This document shows, piece by piece, positions 1 to 13,390 of a stretch of DNA of 64,000 nt; positions within the stretch are counted from its first letter, which is position 1, and each line of letters starts with the position of its first letter. The DNA lies in assembly GCF_006345805.1 (NCBI RefSeq), contig NC_043001.1, positions 35,030,001 through 35,094,000 on the forward strand, given 5' to 3'. Under the pieces are notes generated by a model. The model was not told the origin of the DNA, ran no database searches, and saw only the letters and a program-made list of their open reading frames with translations. Both the position numbers and the translations under genes were made by a program. The stretch comes from Octopus sinensis (lineage: Eukaryota).

Positions 1-340
1 AGCTCAAATTCCGCAGAGGTTGATTTTACATTTCATCTTTCATCTACCCTAGGGTAGATGTAATCGATTTAACTCCTGTTTCGTAATTGCTGGCCTTGTC
101 GCAAAATTTGAAATCAATATTACAGAAAGGCAAGGCGGCCGAATCGTTACTGCACCGGACAAAATGCCTAGTGGCATCTCGTTCGTTTTCAGGTTCTGTG
201 TTCAAATTCTTCCGACGTCGACTTTGCTTTTCATCTTTCCATGGTTCATAGAGTAAGTACCACTAGAACAATTGGGTCGATTTAATCGTCGTAACCTCTA
301 CCTCGAAATTGCCGACCTTGACCCAAAATTTAATATGAAT
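1..340 (+). mobile_element. Two degenerate tandem copies of SINE family A
   Basis: Both match the core (gttcaaattcc..gtcgactttgc.tttcatc) of the better preserved copies at 2629-2863 and 63647-63880. Confidence 0.7.
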
Positions 341-828
341 ATGACAGAAGAGTGATATTAAAAGATTCCCAAAGCAATAGTAGAATTGAATACTGCAAAT
401 GATTATCAGGAACCGTTCTAATCCAGGACACTTCTTTTTTTAATTACTATATTGGTTAATTGGAAAATACATTGCAATTTTAATATATAGTTAATACATT
501 TTATTTCTACTTTTACCAGCCCACATTCAGCCTATTGACAGAAAACATAGATTCCATGTAAATGTAAATATTCATAAACTTATATGTAAGAATTATGAAC
601 AGGTATGTATGTGAGAGTGTGATATTCTGTGATTGAAAATATATGTGATGTTATTTACACGAAGTGGAATTTTTGAGTATCCATAAAACCCATGAATATA
701 AATTCACGCACATATGATAAATAGATTCTGTATATTTTTTCTATTCTTTCAGTAATTGGACTGACTTTTATTTAACATCGACGTGGATTAAACACAGGGA
801 GAAGCACAAAGACACACACACACAGATA

Positions 829-833
829 CATAT

Positions 834-894
<61 letters not shown>
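829..894. repeat. (TA)n microsatellite
   Basis: Direct reading; abuts the 3' end of the CR1-like fragment. Confidence 0.95.
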
Positions 895-898
<4 letters not shown>

Positions 899-1590
899 TT
901 AGATAAAACTTAGATATGTTTCGACCAGAGATTGGTCCAGGCCATGTCTAACTTAATAGCACCACCTGATAGGATTATTCGAATCTGTTTAAGTCAAGTT
1001 TTGTTCAAGTAGTGAGTTCTTGTTGGGTGAGTTGTATCCAGTTTTGTTCAAGTAGTGAGTTCTTGTTGGGTGAGTTGTATCCAATTATAGGTGGCTTATC
1101 TGGTATTCTTTGAAGGAATCTATCCAGACTCTGTTTGAAGTTGATGGGATCCTTTTCCTCTTTGATCTCCCTCGGGACAATGTTAAATAGGGCAGGGCCT
1201 GTTGAGGAAAAGAAATTATGTTGCAGTGTACATGTATGTTGTGATCTTGAATTTGGCAGGGGACGTATAGCCCGTGGTCCAAGTCTCGGATGAACCTTGA
1301 AGCTAATGTTTAGGTCGTTTGGGCAAAGTTGGCGGTATATTTTCCACATCGTACAAATGATGTACCGCTCACGGCGTCGCTGGAGGGAGTAAAGTTTCAA
1401 GGCTTTAAGGCGATCCCAATAATCGAGAGCAGCCATGCCTTCAATTTGTTTAGTGAGAGCCCTCTGGGGTGACTCAATTCTGGAGATGTTTTGTCTTGTG
1501 TGAGGAGACCACAGTGGGCAGCAGTATTCAAGGTGTGGCCGTACAAAGGAGGAAAAAAGTGGTATGATGACACCTTGTTCTCTGGACCGG

Positions 1591-1593
<3 letters not shown>
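895..1593 (-). mobile_element. 5'-truncated CR1-clade LINE (ORF2 C-terminus plus 3' UTR)
   Basis: ORF 1005..1682 contains LFSSFVRPHLEYCCPLWSP..IESPQRALTK..DYWDRLKALKLYSLQRRRERY, typical of the CR1/L2 RT thumb and C-terminus. The N-terminal YIYI run is (TA)n. The 3' end has a gacca/tggtc hairpin and a (atctaagtttt)x2 tail. Confidence 0.85.
997..1082. repeat. Exact 43-bp tandem duplication inside the LINE 3' end
   Basis: agttttgttcaagtagtgagttcttgttgggtgagttgtatcc at 997-1039 and 1040-1082. Confidence 0.95.
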
Positions 1594-1637
<44 letters not shown>

Positions 1638-2131
1638 AATAGTTGGGCTTCCACACAGTTTTTGTCCACTGACTTCGTTCATAATGCATTAGTCGTAGAA
1701 GTCACTAGCCCAGGCAACTGCACAGTGGGATTGAACCCGAAACAATATTGTCCATTGTAGACTATAAACAATGATTATAACTTACTACATGATTATCGTA
1801 GAAAACAGATGCCCTACAATTTTAATGCAATCTCAATTCTGTAGAATTAATTACAAATATATTGCCGGTATTTATTTCAACGATTCCACACAGATGAAAA
1901 GTCAACATTTGTATGATTTCGAATGAGAATGTGCATGTGTAATTGGTAAGGATAAATAATGCCAGTTTCTAGATAAATGACTGATTTCCGATTTTGACAC
2001 ATATTAGAAAGAGAGTTAAATGTCATTCTGTGATGTCATACGTTAATGAAGACAATTCTCTTCAACTGGGTATCGAAACTGGAACGCAATCTATTTTAAT
2101 ATAAAATATAATAATATTTTGGCGCTATTTT

Positions 2132-2565
2132 GGGATCTTTTCGGTTTGAACGGCAGTTTTTCTAGCGGTGTCATATGAAATTGTCACCCATACTTATGAC
2201 CCTAGAATCGATCTATTGCATTTCAAACTCTTTTAAGGTTAGTTAGGGTTAGGGTTAGGATTAGGGGTGGGGGAAGGGTATCTTTTTTGCTTCACAAATG
2301 TAAATAAACCCAATCTGTTTCTTAAACGAGGAACATATTCATACGGCACAGAATGCTTTTTAACTCAATAGACGCCACTGATTGGTTGAAATTGCAGACA
2401 TTGAAGAGAAAAAAACAACAAATATCTTACAAACTATAGAATTTTCTCAATAAAGCCAAGAGAAAAAGATATTTTATAAACACATTCTACCAGTATCCGA
2501 AGTTTAAAATTCTATAGTTACCTAGAAATTATGTTAAAAATTGCCGTTCAAACCGAAAAGATCCC
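2132..2565. mobile_element. MITE with 30-bp TIRs, 6-bp TSD and internal TTAGGG-like repeats
   Basis: TIR gggatcttttcggtttgaacggcagttttt (2132-2161) vs 2536-2565, 1 mismatch; TATTTT at 2126-2131 and 2566-2571; TTAGGG-like run 2237-2278. Confidence 0.85.
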
Positions 2566-2628
2566 TATTTTGTATGCTCATTTTAACAATCTCTAATAAA
2601 ATAAACATAAACTTGAAGGAGGAAAGAT

Positions 2629-2863
2629 GTATTTCTTTATTGCCCACAAGGAGCTAAACACAGAGGGGACAAACAAGGACAGACAAACGGATTAAGTCGA
2701 TTACATCGACCCCAGTGCGTAACTGGTACTTAATTTATCGACCCCGAAAGGATGAAAGGCAAAGTCGACCTCGGCAGAATTTGAACTCAAAACGTAACGG
2801 CAGACGAAATACGGCTACGTATTTCGCCCGGCGTGCTAACGTTTCTGCCAGCTCGCCGCCATA
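2629..2863 (-). mobile_element. SINE family A, full length
   Basis: tRNA-like head with gttttgagttcaaattc B-box; 15-bp TSD tgaaggaggaaagat at 2614-2628 and 2864-2878. Confidence 0.9.
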
Positions 2864-4475
2864 TGAAGGAGGAAAGATAGTTGCAGTTATCGACCTTAAT
2901 ATTTGTCTCGTAAATTAAATTCTCCACTCGGAATGTAAAAATCGACCTAGGCATGATTCGAAATCAGATCATCAAAAGGCGTTACTAAATATCGAGGCTC
3001 TACTGATATTGCATCAGATAAAATATTGCTATACTTAAAATCTCCTTCCAGGAATTTATTACCACGGCACAACCTTACAATCTCCCATTTCCTAATCGAA
3101 ACAACCAGAACATTTGTTATTAAGCCAGAAAATTATATTTGATCATTTGCTATCATGTGAGGTAGAGAAATATTATATTAATTAAAACGCTGGAGCGATT
3201 TTCTCCTGGCCGCTGATCATACAAGATAGAGACAATTGTTCTCTGTCAGTTATCGTCTACCATCTTACGATCGGGAACGTTTCTTAGTAGAGACGACCAG
3301 GGCAAACAAAATACTTTAAGTTTCAGCAGACATTAATATTAATACCTGCGTATACTCATCTGAAGTTTATGGTTAGATTAACTGACCTCCGTACTGTTAG
3401 AAGTTTAGAGGTTATTAAATGTATATATATTAAATGTTACATGAACATCTGCAGGACGAATTAATGAGAAATTGAGGAGAGAACATATTTTGATGCTACA
3501 GCAAACAATTGCCAGTGTATATCTGTTTATAGAAATTAATGTGAATATATATGAATAATTTCTCCGTAATGGCGACGTACAGTCTGTTTTCTATATGTAA
3601 TACCTATATCATGTATATTACTTTCACATATACTATTAAGTCCGGTCGTTTATAAAATAATTATGTATTACTGTAAATATATTGATACATTTCAACTGAA
3701 GCATTGTCAAGTGCATCATCCAATACTTCTTCCTATCTTTACAGATTATCTTTGTAGTATAAATCACCAATTCCGTTGAGCTTAGATCAGTTTCATTCTG
3801 GCACCCATCATATACATATTTCTAATATTGCTGCTTACAAAAAGATGCTAGTTTAATAAATGTATTGGTTGCATCTTAGAGATACATTTTCTTTACGATA
3901 TTCTCTTTATTTTTCGATAGGTCTTCTGAGGAGGAATATAAAAATTGAACGGTTTTCCTAAAGATGAAGAACATGAGCTCATAACGACTAATTATAAATA
4001 CATAAAGTTCTTCTTTGATTTGTTATAATATCTGTTTACAAAGTGATATCATTTCTCTTCAAAAGAAAATATATGTAAATGATAGACATTTATATTCAGC
4101 GGTGGAGCACCGGAATGGGAAACATACGTGATGCAAAGGCATTTTTAATATGCAGCTCGAATGCGATACTAAGTTTAAAGGACGAAAGAGGCCATTTATA
4201 GGATTAACCCGATTGTCACCTCTGCTGAATGTCATCATCCAATTTAGTAGCCACGGGAGACGTATTTGTATTTTGGGGGACCAATAATAAATAGCATGAA
4301 AGGTTCCAGAAGCTCTCAAATGGTATACATTTTACTATGAGAACAGGTTTTATAATAAAGATTGCTGTTTAAAGTAAAAGTTAGGCTCCTATTCATAAAC
4401 TTATAGTTAACGCTCCTTTTAACCCAAACATGTAAGCATAAGTGGGTGTATATGAATTATCGGCGTGTGTATTAT

Positions 4476-4517
<42 letters not shown>

Positions 4518-4717
4518 CTCGTTTTTTGATTATCTAAATTATTTCAATTTTTTTCTCTTTACCTGCGTGGGTTATTGAGTATTGTTGTCTGTGAGATTTT
4601 CTTATGGTAGAGAAATAGGTAGTTTTAGCTGCTATTTTAAAATTTGGGTATTTGGTGAAGCAAAGTTTTCGCTGAACTCTAATTATAATTATACTCATAG
4701 TTATAAAAAAATTTGTT

Positions 4718-4718
4718 T

Positions 4719-4800
<82 letters not shown>
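4718..4800. repeat. Compound (CA)n(TA)n(TG)n microsatellite
   Basis: Direct reading; an (AAT)n run is also present at about 4478-4514. Confidence 0.9.
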
Positions 4801-5371
4801 ATTTGTCTTTGTGTGTGGCATGTTTTTCAAATGATGGCTGTCATATAACTGAATCTTTTTAGTAACATTCAAAGTAAAATTCACCCAATTACATCTTCTT
4901 CATGGCATTTTTACCCATTTCTACCCAGAATGTAGAATAATGTACTGAATGCTGGTATTAAATTCCACCAATTTTCAAAAGAAACAACAGATGTGAAAGT
5001 AGAGTACTAGAGATGATAGATTCTAATGTCTAACTTCCATCGTCCCCCACCAAAACTAAAACTTTATTTTGTTTTCAAATTTTAGCTACATGCAGTATTT
5101 TGTGTCATTAGAAGAGTGGTTCGATGCAGCGAGTCGGCAGAATCATTACTACATTGGACAAAACGCTGACTGGTATTTCTTCCGGCTAAAAAGAATAATG
5201 AGAGTCAACAGAATTCGTCACAGGCGTGTAAAATGCTTTTGTGCATTTCATTAACACCTTTTGCATTCTGAGTTCAATTTCTGCCGGAGATTAAACTATA
5301 TTCAGTAGATCCCAGCTGAGTCAATTGGTTGCCTATTAGTCGTTTAATAAATTACAAGATGAATAGTAGTG

Positions 5372-5644
5372 TGTTGTTGTTTGTTCCTCAAAGGGGCCGG
5401 TTTCATTGGCGTATAGGATCCCCACCTAGATGGGACGCCGGTCCGTCGCAGGTGAGCTGCTAGATACAGGATGAAAAAGCGATAGAAAGTTTTGGCGAAA
5501 GAGATAGTAGAAGTTCGCCATTACCTTCTGCCGGAACTTAGGTTTTTCACTCATAAACATACATATCGTCCGGTCTGAGATTCGAACCCGCGATCTCTCG
5601 ACCGTGAGCCCTATGCTCTAACCACTAGTCCATGTTCCTCCACA
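5372..5644 (-). mobile_element. tRNA-derived SINE (family F; family-C-like head, different tail)
   Basis: Minus strand tggactagtggttagagc (A box)..gggttcgaatctc (B box); the body shares ccggcag..ctctttc.cca.aactttct with family C; tail cctgcgacggaccggcgtccc. Confidence 0.7.
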
Positions 5645-6980
5645 TATTGTAGTGTGGATAAGTGAATAAGTTAAGTACTAGATTTAAAAAATGGTGTTGT
5701 TAAACCGATAAATAGTATGGATAAGTCTATAAATAAAATACAAAGTAAATTCTAGTGTAAATGTAATTGACTATTATTCGAACTACCTCCCCACAGATTT
5801 GTGTTATATTTCTCAAGATTCTTCTTAACATTTATTTTCCCCTTTGTTTTGGCAAATTCTTCTATGAGTTTCTGTTCTTCAGCCTAAATATAAGTGATAT
5901 TTTATTATGCAGAAATTGAAATACAGACTACAGTCTCTAAACAGAGTTGGTGTTTTTGTCTTTTTAATAGAAATGTATTCATATGTATTTGTGATATATG
6001 TGTGTTTATTCCTCCTCCCCAGAAAAAAAATATGTAAGAATCGAAACTTAAGCCATATGGTAGCGAATGGAAGTACAGTAACAAGGAGCCATGATTACTA
6101 CATATATTTTAGTAATCCTGAAAGTTAGCGATAAATTAATATTTCTAACGAAAATCGACGTTATAAAACATTAAAGATGGTTTAATTGTAATTATAGGAG
6201 TAGCTCTTTAAGAATGATTTATTTTTTATGAATATTCTCCCGAGCAAAACGGCTTCCTTAATATTTCTAATAAAATGCCACAGGCACTGTTGTTTTATAT
6301 TTTAGAATATAATTTAATAAAATTGTTACAGGCGCCTTCATAATTTAAAGCGAACTTAAAGGAACACTACGCGATACTTATACCAAAAAAAATCTCTATT
6401 TTTTTTTTTTATGACGGCGCACGATAAAGATTGTAAATTATTTCAAAACAAATATCCTGTATTTTTTGCACGCACGCGCACACATACACACTCAAACGCA
6501 ACTTAATTCAGAGAGACAGATAAATAACTATATATTTAAAATGAAACACATAATAACGATAATGTAGGCACGTAATAAGCCCTTAGCTATTATTCTGTGT
6601 TTCCTTCACAGAAGAATCCTATAATTGAAAAATGAACAAAAAGAAATTGAATAAAAGGGAGAAAGCAAAGTAAATATAATTCGACAGGAAAAACAATAAA
6701 AATTGAAAACGAAATATATTACTTTATTCTTTTATCCTTTTTACTATACTCATTCGGCAATAATGGAGCAGCATCTCCAAGTATTTCTATCGTGGAGAAT
6801 CAGTCTATCAAACTTTCCTTCCGCTTGCCTTGTACAGACTCACTTCATACACACTTCAGTCATCAGTAACTTGCAACCATGTTCATATACTTAAAGTTTT
6901 ATAACTGGTTAGAAACATTTTGTTGTTCATGATTTTGTGTCATTATTAACGTTAAGTTTTCGATTGATGTAAAGCGCTTG

Positions 6981-7353
6981 TGGAGGTGCAATGGCCCAGT
7001 GGTTAGCGCAGCGGATTCGCGGTCTTAGGATCGCAATTTCGATTCCCAGACCGGGCGTTGTGAGTGTTTATTGAGTGAAAACACCTAACGCTCCACAAGG
7101 CTCCGGCAGAGGGTGGTGGTGAACCCTGTTGTACTCTTTCACCACAACTTTCTCTTACTCTTTCTGTTGTACCTGTATTTCACAGGGCCTGCCTAGTTAC
7201 ACTCTGTGTCACGCTGAATCCTACCCCGAGAATTACGTTAAAGTACATGTGTCTGTGGAGTGCGCAGCCACTTGCACGTTAATTTCACCAGCAGGCTGTT
7301 CCATTGATCGGATCAACTGGAACACTCGTCGTTGTAACCGACGGGGTGCCAAC
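6981..7353 (+). mobile_element. SINE family C, full length
   Basis: tggcccagtggttagc A box, ttcgattccc B box; 10-bp TSD aaagcgcttg at 6971-6980 and 7354-7363; homologous to 55212-55584. Confidence 0.9.
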
Positions 7354-7785
7354 AAAGCGCTTGATCTTATATTACTGCGTTTGATAAAGTAGACAATACA
7401 GAATGGAACTGTAAGGAGGAGGAGAATTCGGTGTCGCAGTCGTCAAGCAAGCTGGAAAAACTTCTTTAATGTTTATGCCTGCTCACCATTTAAATCCTCA
7501 GTAATTTCGCATAATAACCAGGACTATATAAAGTCATGTATAAAAGTAATTTATGATCAATCAGAAAGAGTACTCTAACCTTTTTTTACTAGAGAACATA
7601 TTTATTAACTGGATCTTGACCGACAGGTTTAAAATATATATTTTTGTAATTACACACTTTCAAACTTCGTATACTGGCAAAATGTGTCACATAAAACATC
7701 TTTTACTCTTGGCGTTGTTGAGAAAATTCTGTATTTTGGAAGTATATGTTAAAGTTGTCGTATTTCGGTAATTTCGACCAATCAA

Positions 7786-8193
7786 TGGCGTGTATTAAGC
7801 TGAATAAAATTACTGCCGTTGTTTGTCAACAGTAACAATCGGCGGTGTATATTTTGTTTGTCACTGTTATTTATGACATCGTTCGTGCGTTTGTACTGGT
7901 TTTAGCTTTAAGATTTTAGGGTTAGGGCTAGGGTTTTAGAGTTAGGGTTAAAGTTTGAGGGTTAGGGTTAGAGTTGGGGTCTTAGGGTCAGAGTTATGGA
8001 AAAAATGAAGAATGAAGCACGAACGATTATGGTGGTGCCATGAAGTAAACATGCTTCAGATACACTCGTTTATTCATAGAAACGTAACTGAGATGAAATA
8101 TGTCATAAATAACAGTGGCAAACGAAATATACACCGCTGGAAGTTGTTGTTGACAAATAACAGCAGTAATTTTATTCATCTGAATACACGTCA
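7786..8193. mobile_element. MITE-like element with about 90-bp inverted arms and a degenerate TTAGGG core
   Basis: 7789-7879 is the reverse complement of about 8100-8190 with scattered mismatches; inner atcgttcgtgc/gcacgaacgat pair (7878-7888, 8017-8027); TTAGGG-like run 7916-7995; no clear TSD. Confidence 0.75.
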
Positions 8194-9012
8194 TATATAT
8201 ATGAGAGAGAGTGCTAAAAAATACATGAAAAAGAGAATAGGACAAACGCAAACAATTGCCAATTTTTGACTGATGTTCTGCAGTTTCACCGCTTTAAAAA
8301 TGTGGTTACTATCTTCGACGTGACAGTAAAATTAACGAATATAATCGGGAGAGGTCTGAAAAGCTTTGAACAATAACAGTGTATTGGAAAACAAGACGTT
8401 GCAGAGTGTATTTTATTATATCGCTTCTGTTAAATTGAAAGTTCTTAATTTTAGTCGTACAAAATATAAGTTTGCTGGATTTTGTAGATAACTGTAACCT
8501 TGTGGTTTTGTACCGTGAAAACGGCAAAAAAAAATTCCTCTGTTTCCAATTTGGACTTTTGTTACTTTTTTTTTTTTTTTTTATTTTTTAAAAAACTTTC
8601 TAGTCTCACTCGAGATATTGAAAGATGTCATATGCAACCTAGGTATCACGCATCAGTGAAGCTACGTGTAGATAATGCCCTACCTCTGCCACAACATTAC
8701 GACGATCCAACAAATTCTCATCGATGTTGCTACACTCTCTGTTACAAATAGCAGCGAAATCTGTCTCAGATCTCAACCCTATCTTATTAAATAACAATAC
8801 TGTTTCTCTGGAACAGGGGATGCACAGGGTGCAAGCGCCCCCGCCCAAATTTGGTGGTGGTGGTGGTGGTGATGACAGGGGGCATTGAATACTCTTTGAG
8901 CATCCTCCTGAAGAACTTCATCACCAAACCGAACAAGCGTAGAAATACTTTTGAAATATTATTTGAAACCTTTATTTTCAATTAATGGTTTTATTTGATT
9001 TGATTTAAGCAC

Positions 9013-9800
9013 TAACATAGGCACAAGGCTTGAAATTTTGAGGAAGGGGATAGTAATTGTTTGGTCGACCTCAGTGGAATTTGAAATCAGAACGTGAATA
9101 CGGACGAAATACCTATTTCTATACTACCCACAAGGGGTTAAACACAGAGAGGACAAACAAAGACAGACAAACGGATTAAGTCGATTACATCGACTCCAGT
9201 GCGTAACTGGTACTTATTTAATCGACCCCGAAAGGATGAAAGGCAAAGTCGACCTCGGCGGAATTTGAACTCAGAACGAAATACTGCTAGGCATTGTCAC
9301 CGTGCATGCTAACGTTTCTGCCAGCTCGCCGCCTTCAGATACCGATTTCTTTACTACCCACAAGAGGCTAAACACATAGAGAACAAACAAGAACAGACAA
9401 ACGGATTAAGTCGATTATATCGACCCCAGTGCGTAAATGGTACTTATTCAATCGACCCCGAAAGGATGAAGGACAAAGTCGACCTCGACGGAATTTGAAC
9501 TCAAAACGTGAATACGGACGAAATACCTATTTCTTTACTGCCCACAAGGGGCTAAACACAGAGAAGACAAACAAGGACAGACACAGGGATTAAATCGATT
9601 ATATCGACCCCAGTGCGTAACTGATACTTATTTAATCGACCCCGAAAGGATGGAAGGCAAAGTTGACCCCGCCGGAATTTGAACTCAGAACGTAACGGCA
9701 AACGAAATTCGGCTAAGCATTTCGTCCGGCGTGCTAAAGATTCTTTTCTACTCTCGGCACAAGGCCCGAATTTTTTGGGAAGGGAACCAGTCGATTAGAT
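9013..9800 (-). mobile_element. Head-to-tail multimer of SINE family A (two full+headless dimers)
   Basis: Four tandem units; junctions gacgaaatacctatttct at about 9105-9120 and 9518-9535. Confidence 0.85.
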
Positions 9801-10229
9801 TTCGCTTCCGCACTTATTCCTTTATTAAAATGCAGCAAATTTATATTGTGGTCATACAAACTACCAAAACTGTACGATTCTCACCTCTGAAAAGGTTTTG
9901 GTCGTGTGATTATTCAATCAGTCTGATCTTGATCATAAAATCTTACACCAGAAACGTTCGTCTGATTTGGTGACCAATTTCAGGTTTCTAAACTGTTAGG
10001 CATAGCCACATTTGAGATGAAATATTTATCTCACTATGTAAGCCAGAATTATTTAGCATTAATGCTTACTTGAAAGATTAAAGTGGGCGGGTGGGGGGGA
10101 TTAAGCACCTCCCAGCGGCAATGATCTTCACGTTAGTATGACACATTTGCAAATGAATAAAATTTCATGTTCCATTGAAAGGGAATCCAATCAGGAAAAA
10201 GACATTTCAGGCATTGTTCGGTATGCATA

Positions 10230-10880
<651 letters not shown>

Positions 10881-11249
10881 CGAGAAAGTATTAATGTATA
10901 ATGTCTGTAGCTGATGGTGTGTCTGGTGGTGTATTTAAATGTGTCTTTTATCTGTCTTTTATCTTGCCTTATCAACTTATTCTTCCTTCGGGGCTTTTAA
11001 TTAAATTTCCTTTCATTTCGATTTACTTACATATATCTGAAAAGAAGACATACGCGCACGCACAGACACGAAACCATATTTAGCTCTTATAAACGCGTGT
11101 AGTTTTTATACATTTTTCTGTATGTGTGTGTGTGCATTTACGTGAAAGTAATTTGTATAGATATACACTCACAACACGTAATTAAGGAAACACACCCTGA
11201 TTTAGTCATTTAAACATTCGCTCCTACAAATATTTGCGGCCATCTCTCT

Positions 11250-11410
11250 ATGTCTGTATGTATGTATGTATGTATGTATGTATGTATGTATGTATGTATG
11301 TACGTATGCATACATGTATATATGAATGCATGTGTGTATGTGTGTATATATGTGTGTATGAATGTCTGTATGCATGCATACATGTATGTATGTATCTATC
11401 TATATGCATA

Positions 11411-11448
<38 letters not shown>

Positions 11449-11880
11449 AACATTTAGCTAGCAATACATAACATAAATCTCTCTCTCTGTCTCTGCTCTG
11501 TTTCTGTCTCTCTTGCTCTGTAAATATACATAGATACACACATAGATACATATATACATACATATATGCATTCATACACGCACGCATGCACACACTCACA
11601 CACACACATGCATATATATATATATATATATACATATATATCTGCATATAGAAATTCTGATTTTATACGTTATATTTATATGTATTTATAACTCTCTCTC
11701 TCTTTCTTACTCTCCCTCTCCCTCTCCCTCCCTCTCTCTGTATATATGCATACATTTACACACCTACTCACACACACACATATATATGTGTGCATGCGTG
11801 TATGTAAGTCTGTGTGTGTGTGTGTGTGTCGTTACTCATACACATCTACATGCACGCACATACACACACACACACATACG
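11250..11880. repeat. (TATG)n, (CA)n, (TA)n, (CT)n microsatellite cluster
   Basis: Direct reading. Confidence 0.9.
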
Positions 11881-12683
11881 CATTTGTAGGGGAGAGGGCG
11901 AAAAAAAAGGAATGAACGATTGAAAGAAAACGAGTGATAAGACAGGTAACGAAGTCGACATTGAAATATCTTCAAAGTTACATATTTATTTAACCATCTT
12001 AAACCTTGTACGGTGGCACAGCGCCTGTGTCTTTGTAAATGTGCGCGCGAGATTAGCTGCATACGTGCGCCTGTGTGGTTGTGTATGTCTTTGCGCGCAC
12101 ATATTCCAAGAGTGCATGGAAATTTACGCTTTAGGCACAGAGCACATTCCTTTTAGATTGATTCCTCTAGCTTTCTTCGTTGTTACTTTCTTCGTCTGGT
12201 GTATTTGTTGTTGTTTGTTTATAAAAATTTTTTTTTTTGTACGTTTTTTGCGCACTTTTCCACAGCACTCCAGAATGACAACTGCAGTCAGCTGTAATTA
12301 GTTTCTTAATTGGAATCGGATTCATTAATGCACCCGGAATTTATCAGATTACTTGCCATGTGGAATTGAATTCAACAGAAATTTCTTTTTTTCCTCGATT
12401 TTATCGCTATTTCTGCTTTTCTCTGAAGCACGCCGCCCACCCCATGCGGCCACCCTCAAATTCACTCACAGACGCACGCAGACACAGGTGCACGCGCACG
12501 CACATGTACACACACAAACATACACACACGTACACACACGTGCACACACGTGCACACACGTGCACACACGTACACATATTCATTGTTTATCCCTTCTCTC
12601 TGTTTTAGTTTTAATCACTTTCCTACTCAACATCCTTATCTCATGCTATCTCTCTCTCTCTCTCTTACACACACACACACATA

Positions 12684-12717
<34 letters not shown>

Positions 12718-12898
12718 AGTGAGTGCTTGTGTGTGTGTTTTATCTGTCTAGTAATCTAAGAATATACATGCTACTTTTTATATGCACGCATACATATACA
12801 CACATAAGTACATATACATAAATATATGGATGAATATGCCCCTCTGTCTCTATCTGCCATTGCCTGTCCCTCTGTCTCTTTCTCTCTCTCTCTCTCTC

Positions 12899-12960
<62 letters not shown>

Positions 12961-12963
<3 letters not shown>

Positions 12964-13177
12964 TCCCGAAACAAGATCAAAGAAGAAAAGGATCCCATCA
13001 CCTTTCAACGGAGTCTGGACAAATTTCTTCAAGGAATACCAGTTAAGCCACCCCTACCCAGATGCAACTCACTTAACAAGAACTCCCTACTCGAATTGAC
13101 CACTTAATAGCACCACTTGATAGGATTAGCTAAATATTATTCTAAGTTAAACATGACCTGGACCAAACTTCGGTCGG

Positions 13178-13184
<7 letters not shown>
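12961..13184 (+). mobile_element. Short 3' fragment of the same CR1-like LINE as 895-1593
   Basis: KIKEEKDPITFQRSLDKFLQGIPVKPPLPRCNSLNKNSLLE aligns with EIKEEKDPINFKQSLDRFLQRIPDKPPIIGYNSPNKNSLLE; shared 3' UTR catg.cctggaccaa; (TA)n on both sides. Confidence 0.85.
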
Positions 13185-13211
<27 letters not shown>

Positions 13212-13294
13212 GTGCGTATGCACACATATATATATATATGTGTGTGCGTATGCACACACACACCCGCACACACATACACGCATATATATATATA

Positions 13295-13339
<45 letters not shown>

Positions 13340-13390
13340 GTGTGTGAATTTCTGTTGGTAATTTCCTGATGTGAAGTCGTGTGTTTAAAC

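Noticed and set aside
895-960. Hammerhead in the CR1 3' UTR (gacca-atctc-tggtc-gaaac)
   Set aside because: There is no CUGANGA upstream; it is better read as the LINE terminal stem-loop.
3400-4330. Possible host exons (ORF 4059..4319; acceptor-like sites at about 3918, 6620 and 28560)
   Set aside because: Frames close quickly and there is no recognisable motif or consistent donor/acceptor pairing; RNA-seq would be needed.
2237-7995. True interstitial telomere or fusion scar
   Set aside because: Both TTAGGG runs are short, degenerate and enclosed by inverted repeats of small elements.
9013-9800. CRISPR-like or satellite array
   Set aside because: Units are about 190-225-bp SINE copies with no unique spacers and no cas genes; the context is eukaryotic.
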